Below, piece by piece: positions 26,971 to 39,105 of a DNA stretch of 60,000 bases; position 1 is the stretch's first letter; every line of letters begins with the position of its first letter. A model generated the notes under the pieces. The model had not been told where the DNA came from. It was given only the letters and a program-made list of their open reading frames with translations, and did no database searches. This DNA is from Malacoraja senta (lineage: Eukaryota): contig CM075990.1 in the NCBI GenBank assembly GCA_038087875.1, positions 15,502,001 to 15,562,000 of the forward strand, written 5' to 3'. Both the position numbers and the translations under genes were made by a program.

Positions 26971-27572
26971 TTGTTCAGAGACTAGCCTTCAATTTTGGCA
27001 ATCTTGAAACCTCAGGTAGCAGAGGGAAAGGGGTGCACTTTGTTGCTGCTGACGTAGACATGAATCCTGGACTTCCAGATGCATAAAGGATCATCAGCTT
27101 CCGGCACACAGAACACAGTCGGTAACCAAAGGTCTGCCTCAGGTCCAAAGCTCTTGGTCACGTCAACCGGCGATCAAACGTGGGCGTCAAAGAGCGCTAA
27201 TCACCGATGTATTTCTGCTGCACCATCGCCACACACTGGAAATACGTGAGTGAATCAGTCAGTGCGTGAGTGAGTACGTGATTGCCAATATGAATAATTG
27301 GCAGTGTGCATCTGTGTGTACATGCACGAGAGTGAGTGTGTTAGTGAGTGAGTGAGTGGCAGTGCAAGAAGATGAGTGAGAGAACAAATTAGTGCATCAG
27401 AAAAGGTGTGTCTGTCGCTCCATATACCCTCTTGAGTGAAAAAAAAGCTGTTCTTCCAGTGCCTATTAAATCGTTCTCTCTCCCTTTACACCTATGTCCA
27501 GTATTGACTTAGACACAAAATGCTGGAGTAACTCAGCGGGACAGGCAGCATCTCTGGAGAGAAGCAATAGGT

Positions 27573-27600
27573 GACGTTTCGGGTCGAGACCCTTCTTCAG
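27573..27600 (-). ncRNA. Minimal hammerhead ribozyme-like motif in a Penelope-derived repeat (best copy; gene-sense strand)
   Basis: Minus strand CTGAAGA-A-GGGT-CTCG-ACCC-GAAAC-GTC: CUGANGA core, helix II, GAAA, palindromic ACGT helix III and a GUC cleavage triplet. Confidence 0.65.
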
Positions 27601-27697
27601 ACTCCAGACTTCAGACTGAAGAAGGGTCTCGACCTGAAATGTCACCCATTCCTTTTCTCCAGGGATGCTGCCTGTCCCGCTGAGTTACTCCAGCCTT

Positions 27698-28366
27698 ACC
27701 CAAAGCAGAATGGATTATCTTCGGAATAACGGAAGATGGTCCAGAACTAAATGTGTTCCAAAAGAAACTAATAGACTATGGGTTAATAACTGGAAAAAAG
27801 CTAATCCTAAAATTTTGGGAAAAGGCTCCAATACCAACTATAAACATGTGGATTTCAAATATGTTCGAAACATTACATCTAGAAGAGATAAGACTCCTCC
27901 TGGCAGGTAAACCAGATCACTTCCACCTGACGTGGTCTGCATTTATAGAATTATTACAAATATAGGGTGCAAAAGTACCTTAAAAAAAAAACTAAGGTCA
28001 GGTAAGGGGGGATGAAAGTTGGAGAGTTGGTATGTCCCATTTGCGTGATGCTTACAAAAACTATTTGTTTTTCTCTTTTCCCTCTTTCTGTTTCTCCTTC
28101 TTTTCTAGGGTCTATTTTTTAACTCTTTTTCTTTTGTTTTTAATTTTGTTCTTATAAGGTCTTCGTTCTTTCTTGTTGTCACGTTTTCTACACTTTCACC
28201 TTTTCCTTCACTTTCTTCTTTCTCTCAATCTCATCCTTTCCCTTTACTAGTGTAAAAAACAAACGGAGTACATTAATTGTAAGAAGATATAAGTGACGAA
28301 TACTAATGTATGTGGTTGTAATGTAATGTACTTCTAATAAATAAAAAATTAAAAAAAAAAAAAAAA
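27698..28366 (+). mobile_element. 5'-truncated L1-clade LINE (ORF2 C-terminus, 3'UTR, polyA) with a 16-bp TSD
   Basis: Open frame PKAEWIIFG...KKLILKFW...W...E...F..TW..F from 27699 to 27965. AATAAA and polyA tail present. TSD gagttactccagcctt at 27682-27697 and 28367-28382. Confidence 0.88.
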
Positions 28367-31300
28367 GAGTTACTCCAGCCTTTTGTGTCTATCTTTGGTT
28401 TAAACCAGCATCTGCAATTCCTTCCTACGCATCCTCTTAACTCCGATCAGCTTCCTCACACAATCTTGACCAAGTTACCTCTCCTAACCAGTGTCCATTG
28501 GTCTAAACAATACTTAAGGCACATGAGGAAAGTTTCACCATCCTCTCTTTGACTCCCCGGGATTAATCAAATAGTTGGCACCTGAGCAGTTGCCAGGTTT
28601 TAAAGTGTGTTGGTGTAGATCAGAGGTCGGAAGTCACTTGAAGTTGGAATTTACCTGCAGCACCTGAGTTCCCCAATCCAAATATGGCCATGCTGTGTGT
28701 GGTTACTCCGACCAAAACAAGCATCTGCCAGGGCAATAAAAATGGGAAGTGCAATATGCAGATTGCAAAGGCCAGGCAAGTGTGGGTCCTGTTACCTGCA
28801 CAGCTTGTCTTCTATTGCTAGTGGAGTGTGGAGTGTGCAATCTATCTTTCAGTAGGCTCACAAGAATAACTCAAGAACTCTGCTGCAGTAGTAGGCCACT
28901 CGGCCACTTAAGCCTGCCCTGCCATTCAAAATCTTTATGGCTGATCTACCCCAGGCCCTAACTCCTCTTCTGTGCCAGTTCCCCATAACCCTCAATTCCC
29001 TGATCTTTGTGAAAAAAAAAAATCGACCACCTCTTTAAATGCCACCCAGTAATCCAGTCTCCACACTCATATGAAGTCGAGAATTCTAGAGATTCTCTGC
29101 TCTCTGTGAGAAAAAGATTCTACGCACCTCATTTTTAAATGACTGCCCCTTTGTCTTGAATCCATGTTGACACAAGAAATTGCAGATACTGGTTTACAAA
29201 AATAAGACAAAAGTGCCGGCGTAACTCAACAGATCATGCAGCATCTCTGGAGAACATAAACAGGTGACATATCAGGTCGGGGCTCTTCTTCAGACTGAAC
29301 TCCCCATGTTCTATCCATGTCCTCTAGAGATGCTGCCTGACCTGTTGAGTTATTCCAGCACTTTGTGTCTCCATCGTATCCATCTCCCCTTGTTTGAGAT
29401 GATCACACAAACAGAACCAACTCAACATAAACCCTCTCTACCACCTTGGGCCTTGTTTGTTCCAATAAGATCACCCTTCATTCTTCTAGATGCCAAAGAA
29501 TGCAGGTCCAAAATCGTATCTTTCATTACAGGCCAACACTGACATGCTTGGGTCCTGATGAATCCTCTCTGGACTGCCTCCAATGCTCATATTTTCTTTC
29601 TTAGAAAAGGTTACCAGAACAGTACACAGTCTCCAGATGCAGATTGATTAGCAGCCTGAACAATTGTAACAATTCTTCTCCATGATAAACTCTTTGCAAT
29701 AAAGGCTGATGTGCCATTTGTCTTATCCATTGCTTGCTGCACTTGGATGTAAACTTGTAGTGTCTGTGCAAGGAGCACCCAGATCTCCCCCACCCCCACC
29801 CCCACACTGTCACGTTAGCAATCTCTCTCTATTTAGATAATAGTCTGCTTATTGATGCTCCAACTGGAATACATGCCCTCACATCATCCCTAACTACTTT
29901 GGTTTTCATTCACTCAATCAATTACCAATACCTTGCTGCACAACCCAAATATCCTCAACAACATACCCTCCTACTTACCTCCATGTCATCGGCAAATGGA
30001 GAAGAACTTGCTCACACTTGCTCATTCTCACTCTCACACTTGCTCACTCTATCACCCACTCACACCTGCTCACTCTCTGAGGAAGAGATTCTTCCTCATC
30101 TCCATCATAAATGGGTGACCCTCTGATTCTGGAATTGTGCCCCCCTAAATCTGGGTTCTTCTCACATCTCCCATGTTAAGCTCTCTGGGAACCCCACATC
30201 TTTAAATTACATCCTTTCCAATTTATCCAAATTCCGGTGAGCCCCAATATCCTTGACCTTTGACCATACATCAATCCCTTCATCCAAGATTTAACCAGGC
30301 GGATCTTCTCTGAACTTCCTCCCATGCAGGTTTATCCCCTCTTGAATAAGGAGACCAAACCCGTCTGTATTACTTCAGTTGGTTGTCTCCCCAAGCCCAC
30401 ATGTATTTGCAGACAGAAGTCCACACTTCCTTTGTGGCACTGACCATTCATGAGCAGCTAAAATAGCAAATATCAAGAGGTTCTCTTTCTCATTAAAGAA
30501 TAGAGAACTTTTCCAGAGAGGGAGCATCAAATTTAAATGAACAGAAATGGAAAATTTGCATTCACAAGTACAGAAGCACAGATTCCAAGAGGAATAGAAT
30601 GAACCAACAGGCCAGCAATTTAATAGCATAACTGGGATTGATGGGGAAAGGTGGAAGGGGCTGGAAAGATATTAGTTAAAAAGCACAATATTGGTGTTGC
30701 AACCCCAGGATAAGCTACTAATGGAGTATTGATTCATTTTTGTGCAGCGGGATGGTCAGTGCAGCGGGATGGTCAGACAAGTGGCAATTAAACTTAGGTC
30801 AAAACATTCCATCCATTTTCTAATTCAAATATCCAGGGATTCAGAACAATAGTCAGTAGAAGTGTATGGTGGCCAATACCCTTTTATAAATGAACAGAAC
30901 GTTGAACAATGTTTAGTTGTGTGAATCTGTGTAACCAACTAGAAGATAGAAGCACTTCTGAAGTGATCTGGCCATTGAGAGGTGACTGATTATTTGGAAA
31001 ATGTGACGTAACTTTCACTGTTAGTAGCGGTATCAGATAGACCCTGGCAAAACCAGGATATATTAGTTCTGCTTGGGTATTAGCTTCACCTCCCAGTGTA
31101 GAAAGAAACAGCTTGTGTATAATATAATGAATAACATATCAAAGGCCACCGTCCATGGTCAACCTAATTTTCGCTTGGTTCTGATTTCTTTAGGTTCTGC
31201 AACAGCCAAATCTACTCCATGCAGACCTCGAAAACGCCACTGTGGTACCTGTTCAAGAGGAACTCAGTGAGGAGTGAAATGATTTGCTGCCCTCCCTCTG

Positions 31301-33821
31301 TACCATTCTCTTTCATAGTTGGCTGAGATCGGGGAGGATCTCACTGGCAGACTTGGGTCCTGGACATGCATTGGTTAATCACACTGGTAAGCCCGAAGAA
31401 TCTTCCCCCAGTTTTCGCCAATTGCCCTGCCGTCCTAATGTGTTGGGGAAGGATCCCGTGGGGATAGAATCACTTTGAAATGGTAATACAAACCAGATGA
31501 GTTGGCCAGAAGAGATTGCCTTGAATTATTTTGCAACCCATGATATATTTTTTTGTACAGTATATTTATTGCCTTCCTCAACTCGGGAGAAGACAGAACA
31601 TAGAGGAAGTGGCTCTGGCAATGTGCAGGGATTGGCCCTCAGGGAGAGGTTGAAATCTACTTGCAACATCAGTGAGCTGCCACCAATTGTTCTCCCTGTA
31701 AATGCAGGGTCCCAATCGTATGTCAAGAATCACAGGAGCAGTCAATACCACTAATGGACGCAACATGCAGGGACATCTGAAGAAAGGTAGGCAGAAGGAG
31801 GGGATACAGATGTATATCCACAACACACTGAAATAAGCTCTTGAATAGTATCGTAAGGTTTGTACATTCATGTAGCGCCAGGCACTAAACACACAGCCAC
31901 AAGAAGGCCAGCCAGAGTGAGAGATGTAGCTGGACTGACAGAAATCAGCGCACACTCTGAAATACCAACGTTGAATGCCACTCATCCATCACATAGGCAT
32001 CAGGTCAAAGATTGTGGAGGCAGTGATTTGGATAATGTCATGTAATGATAGGTGCGTTCTTTGCACCGACATAGATGTTTCAGATGCAAAGCCATTGCAA
32101 AAGCAAAATGATGGAGGGTAGAGGAGACCTCAGTCTTGGAAATCCGTCGGTGAACATTCCATAAAGCAACAAAAGCATCTTTACCACAGAGGAGGAACAC
32201 TAGTGACTGAGCACTGACTTCCACTGCTCAATGATCATCTCAAGTGTAATATTTAACCCACTCTCTCTTGCAGCACTGGCTTAAGCTTAAGTTTTCATTG
32301 AACTTCATCCATGGGCGATTTGGAGACTACTGGGATGTACACATTTTGTTTCTGAACAGAAGTTATTCCCAGAACCTCAGTACCACTCGCAAAGCCAACG
32401 TACAGCGTGGAAACAGTGGGTAGACTGATGTTCTCCAAGGTGCAATGAAACAGAGAGACAAATAATGTCTGGCAACCCAAGGTAGGCATACACCACATGG
32501 GACAGGTGTGGCTGAAACCTGACAATCAATTTACTGGGTGGAGACAGGAGTTGGGGAACAACTGAGTAAAGGCATTGGTTAAAATGATCACTGAGCCTCC
32601 ATTAGAGAAGCAGGTCAGAGCGACCAAGACCACACTGTGGATGGCCAGACCAAGAGCATTATAAGAAGCAGGCAAGCTTCAAAAACAGGTTGCATTTACA
32701 TTAACAGGCAACAACACAGCCATAACTGAGCACCAAGCACATAACACAGACAGAACAAACAGGGTCACAGTGATTCAGCGTGCAAATGCAGGCGTGCAGA
32801 GAAATCGAGGGACAAACAGATAAAGAGCAGCCCCAACATCAGCACCAGACTTAGCCATGCCTTCATCTACTGCTCTGATCCTTGACTCGCTGGTTTACCC
32901 TAAGCCTAACCCTTTTAATAGAGCCTAGTTGTCTGCCCCATGATGTATTGAAGGGGCCTGGTAAAGAACGCAGTGATTGCAGAAGTCGCAGAAGATGGAT
33001 AATCAAAGAGTTTGCACCCTTGATTGGCTGTATTCATCAGAATATAATTTACGAGGTTTTCTCTGTCCTTTCTGTAACATTATTAATAATGGCAGCCAAC
33101 AATGTGCAAGCAGCCTTAGTGGTAGTTTAGACATTTTGCTGCAATACATTCTGAATATTTCTGTTGCGTGCAAGATTGATGGACTAGAATTAGTAAGTTA
33201 GAAAATTAGTTGTTTACAAAATACCACATTGCCTCAACTTTCTCGTTTAAGGATTAAAAAACTGCAATTAAATGAAAGGCAGGATCCTGTGCCAGCAAGC
33301 TCAACTAAAAAGCCACATTGCCAGCTCTGGTAAAGACATTGCTTGGTTAGAAATTACTACCACATGGGTGCTCATCCTCTGGGCATGGAGTTTCAACCTT
33401 CTGACAATTTGTTTTCTCAACACAGGGCTCCAAATGAAAAGCAAACCGCTGGCCAAAAATAACATATCATCAATCTTTTTCTTTTAATGGGGAAATTAGT
33501 CTGAAAACAAAGGATGCGAATGTTCGCATACAATTTCCCAACTGTACACGCACTCAGCCAAAGAATAAGTGACTAGAGGACTTAAAATGATTATTCCAAT
33601 CACGAATTAGGAATTTTCTCAGAGGAGTTTTATCTCCGCGGGCAATTTGTGCGCTGATGAAAGAGCTGTGGTTCAGGTAGTGCAGGACTGGATTTGTGAA
33701 GGAATCGACAAAGACAACGTCTAGTAGAAGCAATACGGGATATCTACGAGAAAAGTGGCTGCATCAGAGAGGAGGCTGTCAACAGAGACTGCAGAACAAG
33801 TCAAAAGTATTCTTGGTGTTA

Positions 33822-34140
33822 TGGGCCTGTCCCACTTACGCGATTTTATCAGCGACTGCTGGCACCCGTCACAGGTCGGCGAAAATTTTCAACGTGTTGA
33901 AAATTCAGCGGCGACCAGAAAGACGCCACGACTCTTTGGGCGACTGAGGAGACTACTCACGACCATACAGGCGACATGTCGCGGGGTGAAGCCTGTATGG
34001 TCTGAGTAGTCGCCCAAAGAGTCGTACCTTGTTCTGGTCACCGCTGGATTTTCAACATGTTGAAAATTTTCGGCAAGCTGTGACGACCTATGACGGGTGC
34101 CGGCAGTCGCAGAAAAAGACGCGTAAGTGGGACAGGCCCG
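33822..34140. mobile_element. PIF/Harbinger-like MITE
   Basis: TIR gggcctgtcccacttacgcg / cgcgtaagtgggacaggccc, with a TTA duplication at 33819-33821 and 34141-34143. A truncated relative lies at about 54599-54770. Confidence 0.88.
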
Positions 34141-35104
34141 TTAGGGTATGGAAGAGGTGGGCTTTAGCAGAACAGAGGATCAGGAATAGGTGGAAGGGGT
34201 GTTGGGGATCAGCGCCAGAAGTTTTCAGACCGCACACTGTCTCCAGACGGAGATCTGGCGACAGATGAGACTCTGACAGGTTCTGTAGTCATGGATTTTG
34301 TGGATGGATCATGTGGACTTCACGGAAATGTGAACTACAAGCGGCATGCAGGAAGTGAACCGTCAGGCAATGGAAAGGACTACCAGGCCAGGATAAACAC
34401 TTCCAAAAAGAAAGGCGCTGAAATAAATCATTCTGGTTGAAACAAGTGTGAAAATTCAGTTTGCTTCAGTAATACCAGACACTTGGCTGGTTGCCAAATT
34501 TGTGGTTGAAAATTGGTTGCCATAGGTGGAGTTTTGTGTCGGTACCTTTCTTCAGTCTGAAGAAGGTTCTTGACCCAAAACGTCACCTTTCCATGTTCTC
34601 CAGAGATGCTGCCTAGCCCACTGAGTTGCTCCATCACTTTCTGTCTATTTTTTTAAACAAAGCTGATGAGTGACTTAACATAACCCTGGCCTCTACTCCG
34701 AATGTGAAAATCGTGGTAGTAACACTCAACTCCACCACTTTCAAGATCCTTGCACTGCTGGACATTGAGGGGCTGAGTCTGGTGGGGTTACCCCTCAAAC
34801 AAGGAAAGGGATATCAACTTCGGGAGCCCCATGAGTGACAATGGTGCGATGTGTAAGAGAAAAGATAGGTGCTAACACTACTGGGTATAAAACAACCAAT
34901 ATTTAAGGTATAGACACACGAAGAATGTACCAAGAGATTTGCACTGTTTCGGTTTTGTATATACTTTTTCTCATCACAAATAAAGTTTATTTCTGAAATT
35001 TAAAAATAGGTCCCTGCAGGTCCGAGGTCACTGCGAAGAGAGTGGGGTGTGGAAGGGTCAAGGGTCAGAGGTCTCACAAGCACACCTTGTCCACTTCGAC
35101 TTAC

Positions 35105-35196
35105 TTTCTGCCTCTGGTCGCATTAAAAGTCCCTCCGTATTTCTTCCGGTTAAGGATGAGAGCAGCAATTTCTGGTACGTAGCGAGCAAACATTGC
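35105..35196 (-). CDS. KCNMA1: BK alternative exon 9alt (92 nt, mutually exclusive with exon 9): [30 protein letters not shown](K)
   Basis: Acceptor ttttctgttccatgcatgtag|GCA, donor AGAAA|gtaagt. Same length and phase as exon 9, open frame, homologous peptide. Confidence 0.94.
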
Positions 35197-35373
<177 letters not shown>

Positions 35374-37524
35374 CTAAGAAGAAGATAGGAGAGAAGAATA
35401 GACTAAAAAGAGAGGCCAGAAGATGCTAATGTTTCAAGGTTCAGGAGACGTTCTTAAGATCTGAGGCTCAAAAAAGAATTAGTCAGATCTGTAAAGGAAA
35501 AATCAGCTCTGCTGAAACTACAACTCACAAAGCAAAAAGGGTTTAGCCGCTACAAGGGGAGTTGCAGGTTTTTTCAGACTAAAGAATCCAGAGCTCTCTG
35601 TAATTAGATGGTGGGAGGTTTCCACTGAATTCAACAGTGCAGTAAAGGCAACTAATAATACTACATCGTCTAAAAGAACAAACAAGGCAAAGGGCGGAGG
35701 AGAACTGGTACCAGTTTGGTTTGTGAGTTTTAGGACAGTTTACAATGAAAACTAGTGCGCATCAAAATTTACAACATTTTTGAGGGGGAAAAAAACCCGG
35801 GAAAGTTAAACAGAGCTGATTGTGTAACAGCAAACAAGCTCAAATAGTTTGATTACAGAATCCAACATTGAAGGGGAAAAAAATATTGTAAAAGTAGTTA
35901 AGAGAAAATTTCTAACTGCCATGTTTAGTGCAACAAACACATTGCTTGTGGCAGGTTACATCCAAGAGCCTGAACTGGATGAGCTTCTGGCTTGGAGCTA
36001 ACTCACGATTCATCGCAACAAATGCACTCTCTCCCAAACTCAGGGTCCAAATTTGAGGCAACAGCCCAGTGCGTTCTTTCGCCGGACTTTAAAGGAATCT
36101 CAAGCTCACTATCCCAACAAAATGAGCTCCCAAATAAAAAGCGGTGCGTTTGGTTCACATTGTGATCAAGTATCGCTGGAAGTTATATTCTGAAATCCAT
36201 TCAGCATAAAGGCATTCAATTGAAAGTATGTATTTGCACGAATTAATAGACTTTGCTGGCTGTAGTAATCAGGGTGCAGCGAGACTCAGGAGATTGTTGT
36301 TTGAAAGATCGGGCACAGATTTGATGGCATGAATAGCCTCATTCTGCACTGTCACTGTTTGATGACCTGTGGCTCCACTGACTATGACTGGTGGGGCTGC
36401 TAAGTACAGTAAAACTCCAATGATCTGGCACTCTTATTACTTTGGTTATGCCTCATAAGTGGATTTTCCAGACTATTGGAAGTTTCTCCTAGTAATACCT
36501 AAGCCTAATCTAATTCATTATTTATACATGTTGTGCAAAAGCATGATACCTTTTCTAATGAACACAGAGTTTAGTTTAGTTTAGTTTACTGTAGTTTAGT
36601 TTACAGATACAGCATGGACGCAGGCCCTTCAGCCCACTGAGTCCATACTGACCATCCATCATGATGTCAGAGGTTATGGGGAGAAGGCAGGAGAATGGGG
36701 TTAGGAGGGAAAGATAGATCAGCCATGATTGAATGGCGGAGTAGACTTGATGGGACTAATGGCCTAATTCTGCTCCTATCACATGATCTTATGATCATCT
36801 GTTCTCGCTAGTTCTGTAATCCGACTTTCTCATCCACTCTCTACACACAAGAGGCAATTTACAGAGGGCACATTAACGTACAAATCTGCACGTCTTTGGG
36901 ACGTGGGAGGAAACCGGAGCACGTGATCACAGGGAGAACTTGCAAACAGACAGCACCCGAGGTCAGGATCGAACCCGGGTCTCTGGTGCTGTGAGGCTGC
37001 AGCTCCATCAGCTGCACCGCCCAGTAATTTAAAAGGAGTGGGAAAAATACAAGTAGTCTGGACCCCAACTACAGCCACACACCCAACACATTCCTGATCC
37101 CTGGTCTTCCAGACTCCAGCTGGGGGTCTGGCTTCCTCTCCCTGACTCCGAGCTCACATTCCCAACAACTGATTGTGCCAGATTCCACCTCATCAGGAAT
37201 TCCAAACAACCAGAAGCCAGATAATCAGAGTTTCACTGTGGAGGATGTTAAAGGCGAAGGACTGGTAATTTTCTTTTTTAATTAATCTTTCATTAATACA
37301 ATGCCCTGGTGAGATTGCATTGTGATACCTAGTCTGCATTATCCAAGGAATAATATACTTACTATTAATTTCTGACAAGGAGAGTTTGATTTTTCAGGAC
37401 AGTTTAAGTAGGCGTGGTCCAGAGATGAGAAAGGTCGGAGGTATTCTCAATGAGCCGTATAAAGTACTGACAGGGTCTCTTAAAGGGTAGAAAAGGGGTG
37501 GCATTCTCCTGCTGGGATGACTAA

Positions 37525-37751
37525 AGGGCCTGTCCCACTTTCACAACCTAATTCACAACCTATTTTACTCGTGGGCATTTTTCATCAGGTTAGAAAAACG
37601 CCCCGACCTACTTGATGCCACGAGTCCCTACGACCAGCATCACGGCCTGCTATGACCTACCTACGACCTCGTGACGACCATGCTGCGAGTATGAGTCAAG
37701 GGCAAACTCGGCAGAGGTCGTGAATTAGGTTGTGAAAGTGGGACAGGCCCT
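37525..37751. mobile_element. PIF/Harbinger-like MITE (third internal type)
   Basis: TIR agggcctgtcccactttcacaacctaattcac / gtgaattaggttgtgaaagtgggacaggccct, with a TAA duplication at 37522-37524 and 37752-37754. Confidence 0.88.
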
Positions 37752-38916
37752 TAATTCTCAGGGTCATTGTCCCAAGACCATTCAGGACTGGGATGTGAAG
37801 TAACTAGGGTGATGAATCGTTGGAATTCCCTATCTAAGGGGTTGGGAGGTTCAGTTGCTCAATGTATTCAGGACTGATCAATAGTTTGTCATTGGGTATT
37901 AGTAATAAGGGATGTGGAGTTATTGCAAGAAAGTTCTGCTCTGGGAAAAGAGCAGCAAGATTATTTGATGGTCAGAGATGAAGGGGGCCAGATGGTCTCT
38001 CCTGCTTCTATTTCTTGTGTACTTGGAACCTTGGCTTCTACAAGACTCTCTCAGCGCTGCTGACTAGGCTGTTCCCCACATCTAAGTTCTTGTGGTCTCC
38101 CTAAGCTGTTTGTCCTACCCTGGGTGGGAAGAGAGTGGTTATAGCCAAGTCTAGTTCTGTTCTTTTCTGACTTTGGACCCATTCCACGCTTATGGCTGGT
38201 TGGCCCTCACTCACCCCGAATAACTGAGGCCAATTGGAGCACCATTTTTTACATATTGTGCTTAAATGAGCGCTTGAGACCAAACATGAGACCTCACTGA
38301 TCTGCACAAGTCCAGTCACATTGAGACTCCTCTCATCAACCAAGACATACATGGTGTTTTGTGGATGGTGGAAGGAACTGGTGAAGCACTTTTATTCTAA
38401 ATTTTGTCAGGAGTAGATATAAGATGAAGAATACATTATGGGTTATACTTTACGATTAAAGTCTTGAACATCAAGGCTCTGGCGTCGTTTATCATGATTT
38501 TAGTCCCTTTCCTGACAGAGGAGCAGAATTAACAATGACAAGACCAAACCCAGGGGAGGGCTCTTTATCTGACTACCGAGTCCTTTAAAGTAATAATATT
38601 TTTATTGCAAAGTCTATTTAAAAGGTGGATGGAGAGAACAAATAAGCATGAGTTATATCTCAGAGCTAAGTGACTCGATGGACTACTATATGTTAGATAT
38701 GAACTGCGATGATGAAACCAGTATGTTAAAACCAGCTGCAATCATCACTTTAAATGGATTTCCAAGGCTCAAACTTGCAGTTAAACATGTTAAGCCTAAA
38801 TGACTGAGGCTCCTGGTTGGCCTGAAAGGTTTTTGGCTTGCATGTGTGCAATGACTGAGCATAACAGCAGTGGAAGGATTCCTCCCACTGCCGTGTCAAA
38901 GTTAGTTTAGTGTAGG

Positions 38917-39105
38917 TTTAAGAAGGAACTGCAGATGCTGGAAAATCGAAGGTAGACAAAAGTGCTGGAGAAACTCAGTGGGTGCAGTAGCATCTATGGA
39001 GCAAAGGAAATAGGCAACGTTTCGGGCCTGAAACGTTGCCTATTTCCTTCGCTCCATAGATGCTGCTGCACCCGCTGAGTTTCTCCAGCACTTTTGTCTA
39101 CCTTC
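38917..39105. mobile_element. Near-perfect palindrome (Penelope-derived) inserted in the tail of a SINE
   Basis: Arms gaaggtagacaaaagtgctgg...cgtttc (from 38948) and gaaacg...ttttgtctaccttc (to 39105), with a short gggcct centre. Confidence 0.85.

Larger units (their letters stand above)
27509..28430. mobile_element. Palindromic Penelope-derived element interrupted by an L1 insertion
   Basis: The element continues across the L1 insert from ...gagttactccagcctt to ttgtgtctatctttggtttaaaccagcatctgc. Confidence 0.8.

Noticed and set aside
31260..32800. Region with several overlapping short ORFs and a decayed coding-like look
   Set aside because: It may be an old LINE remnant, but I could not read a diagnostic motif, so it is not called.
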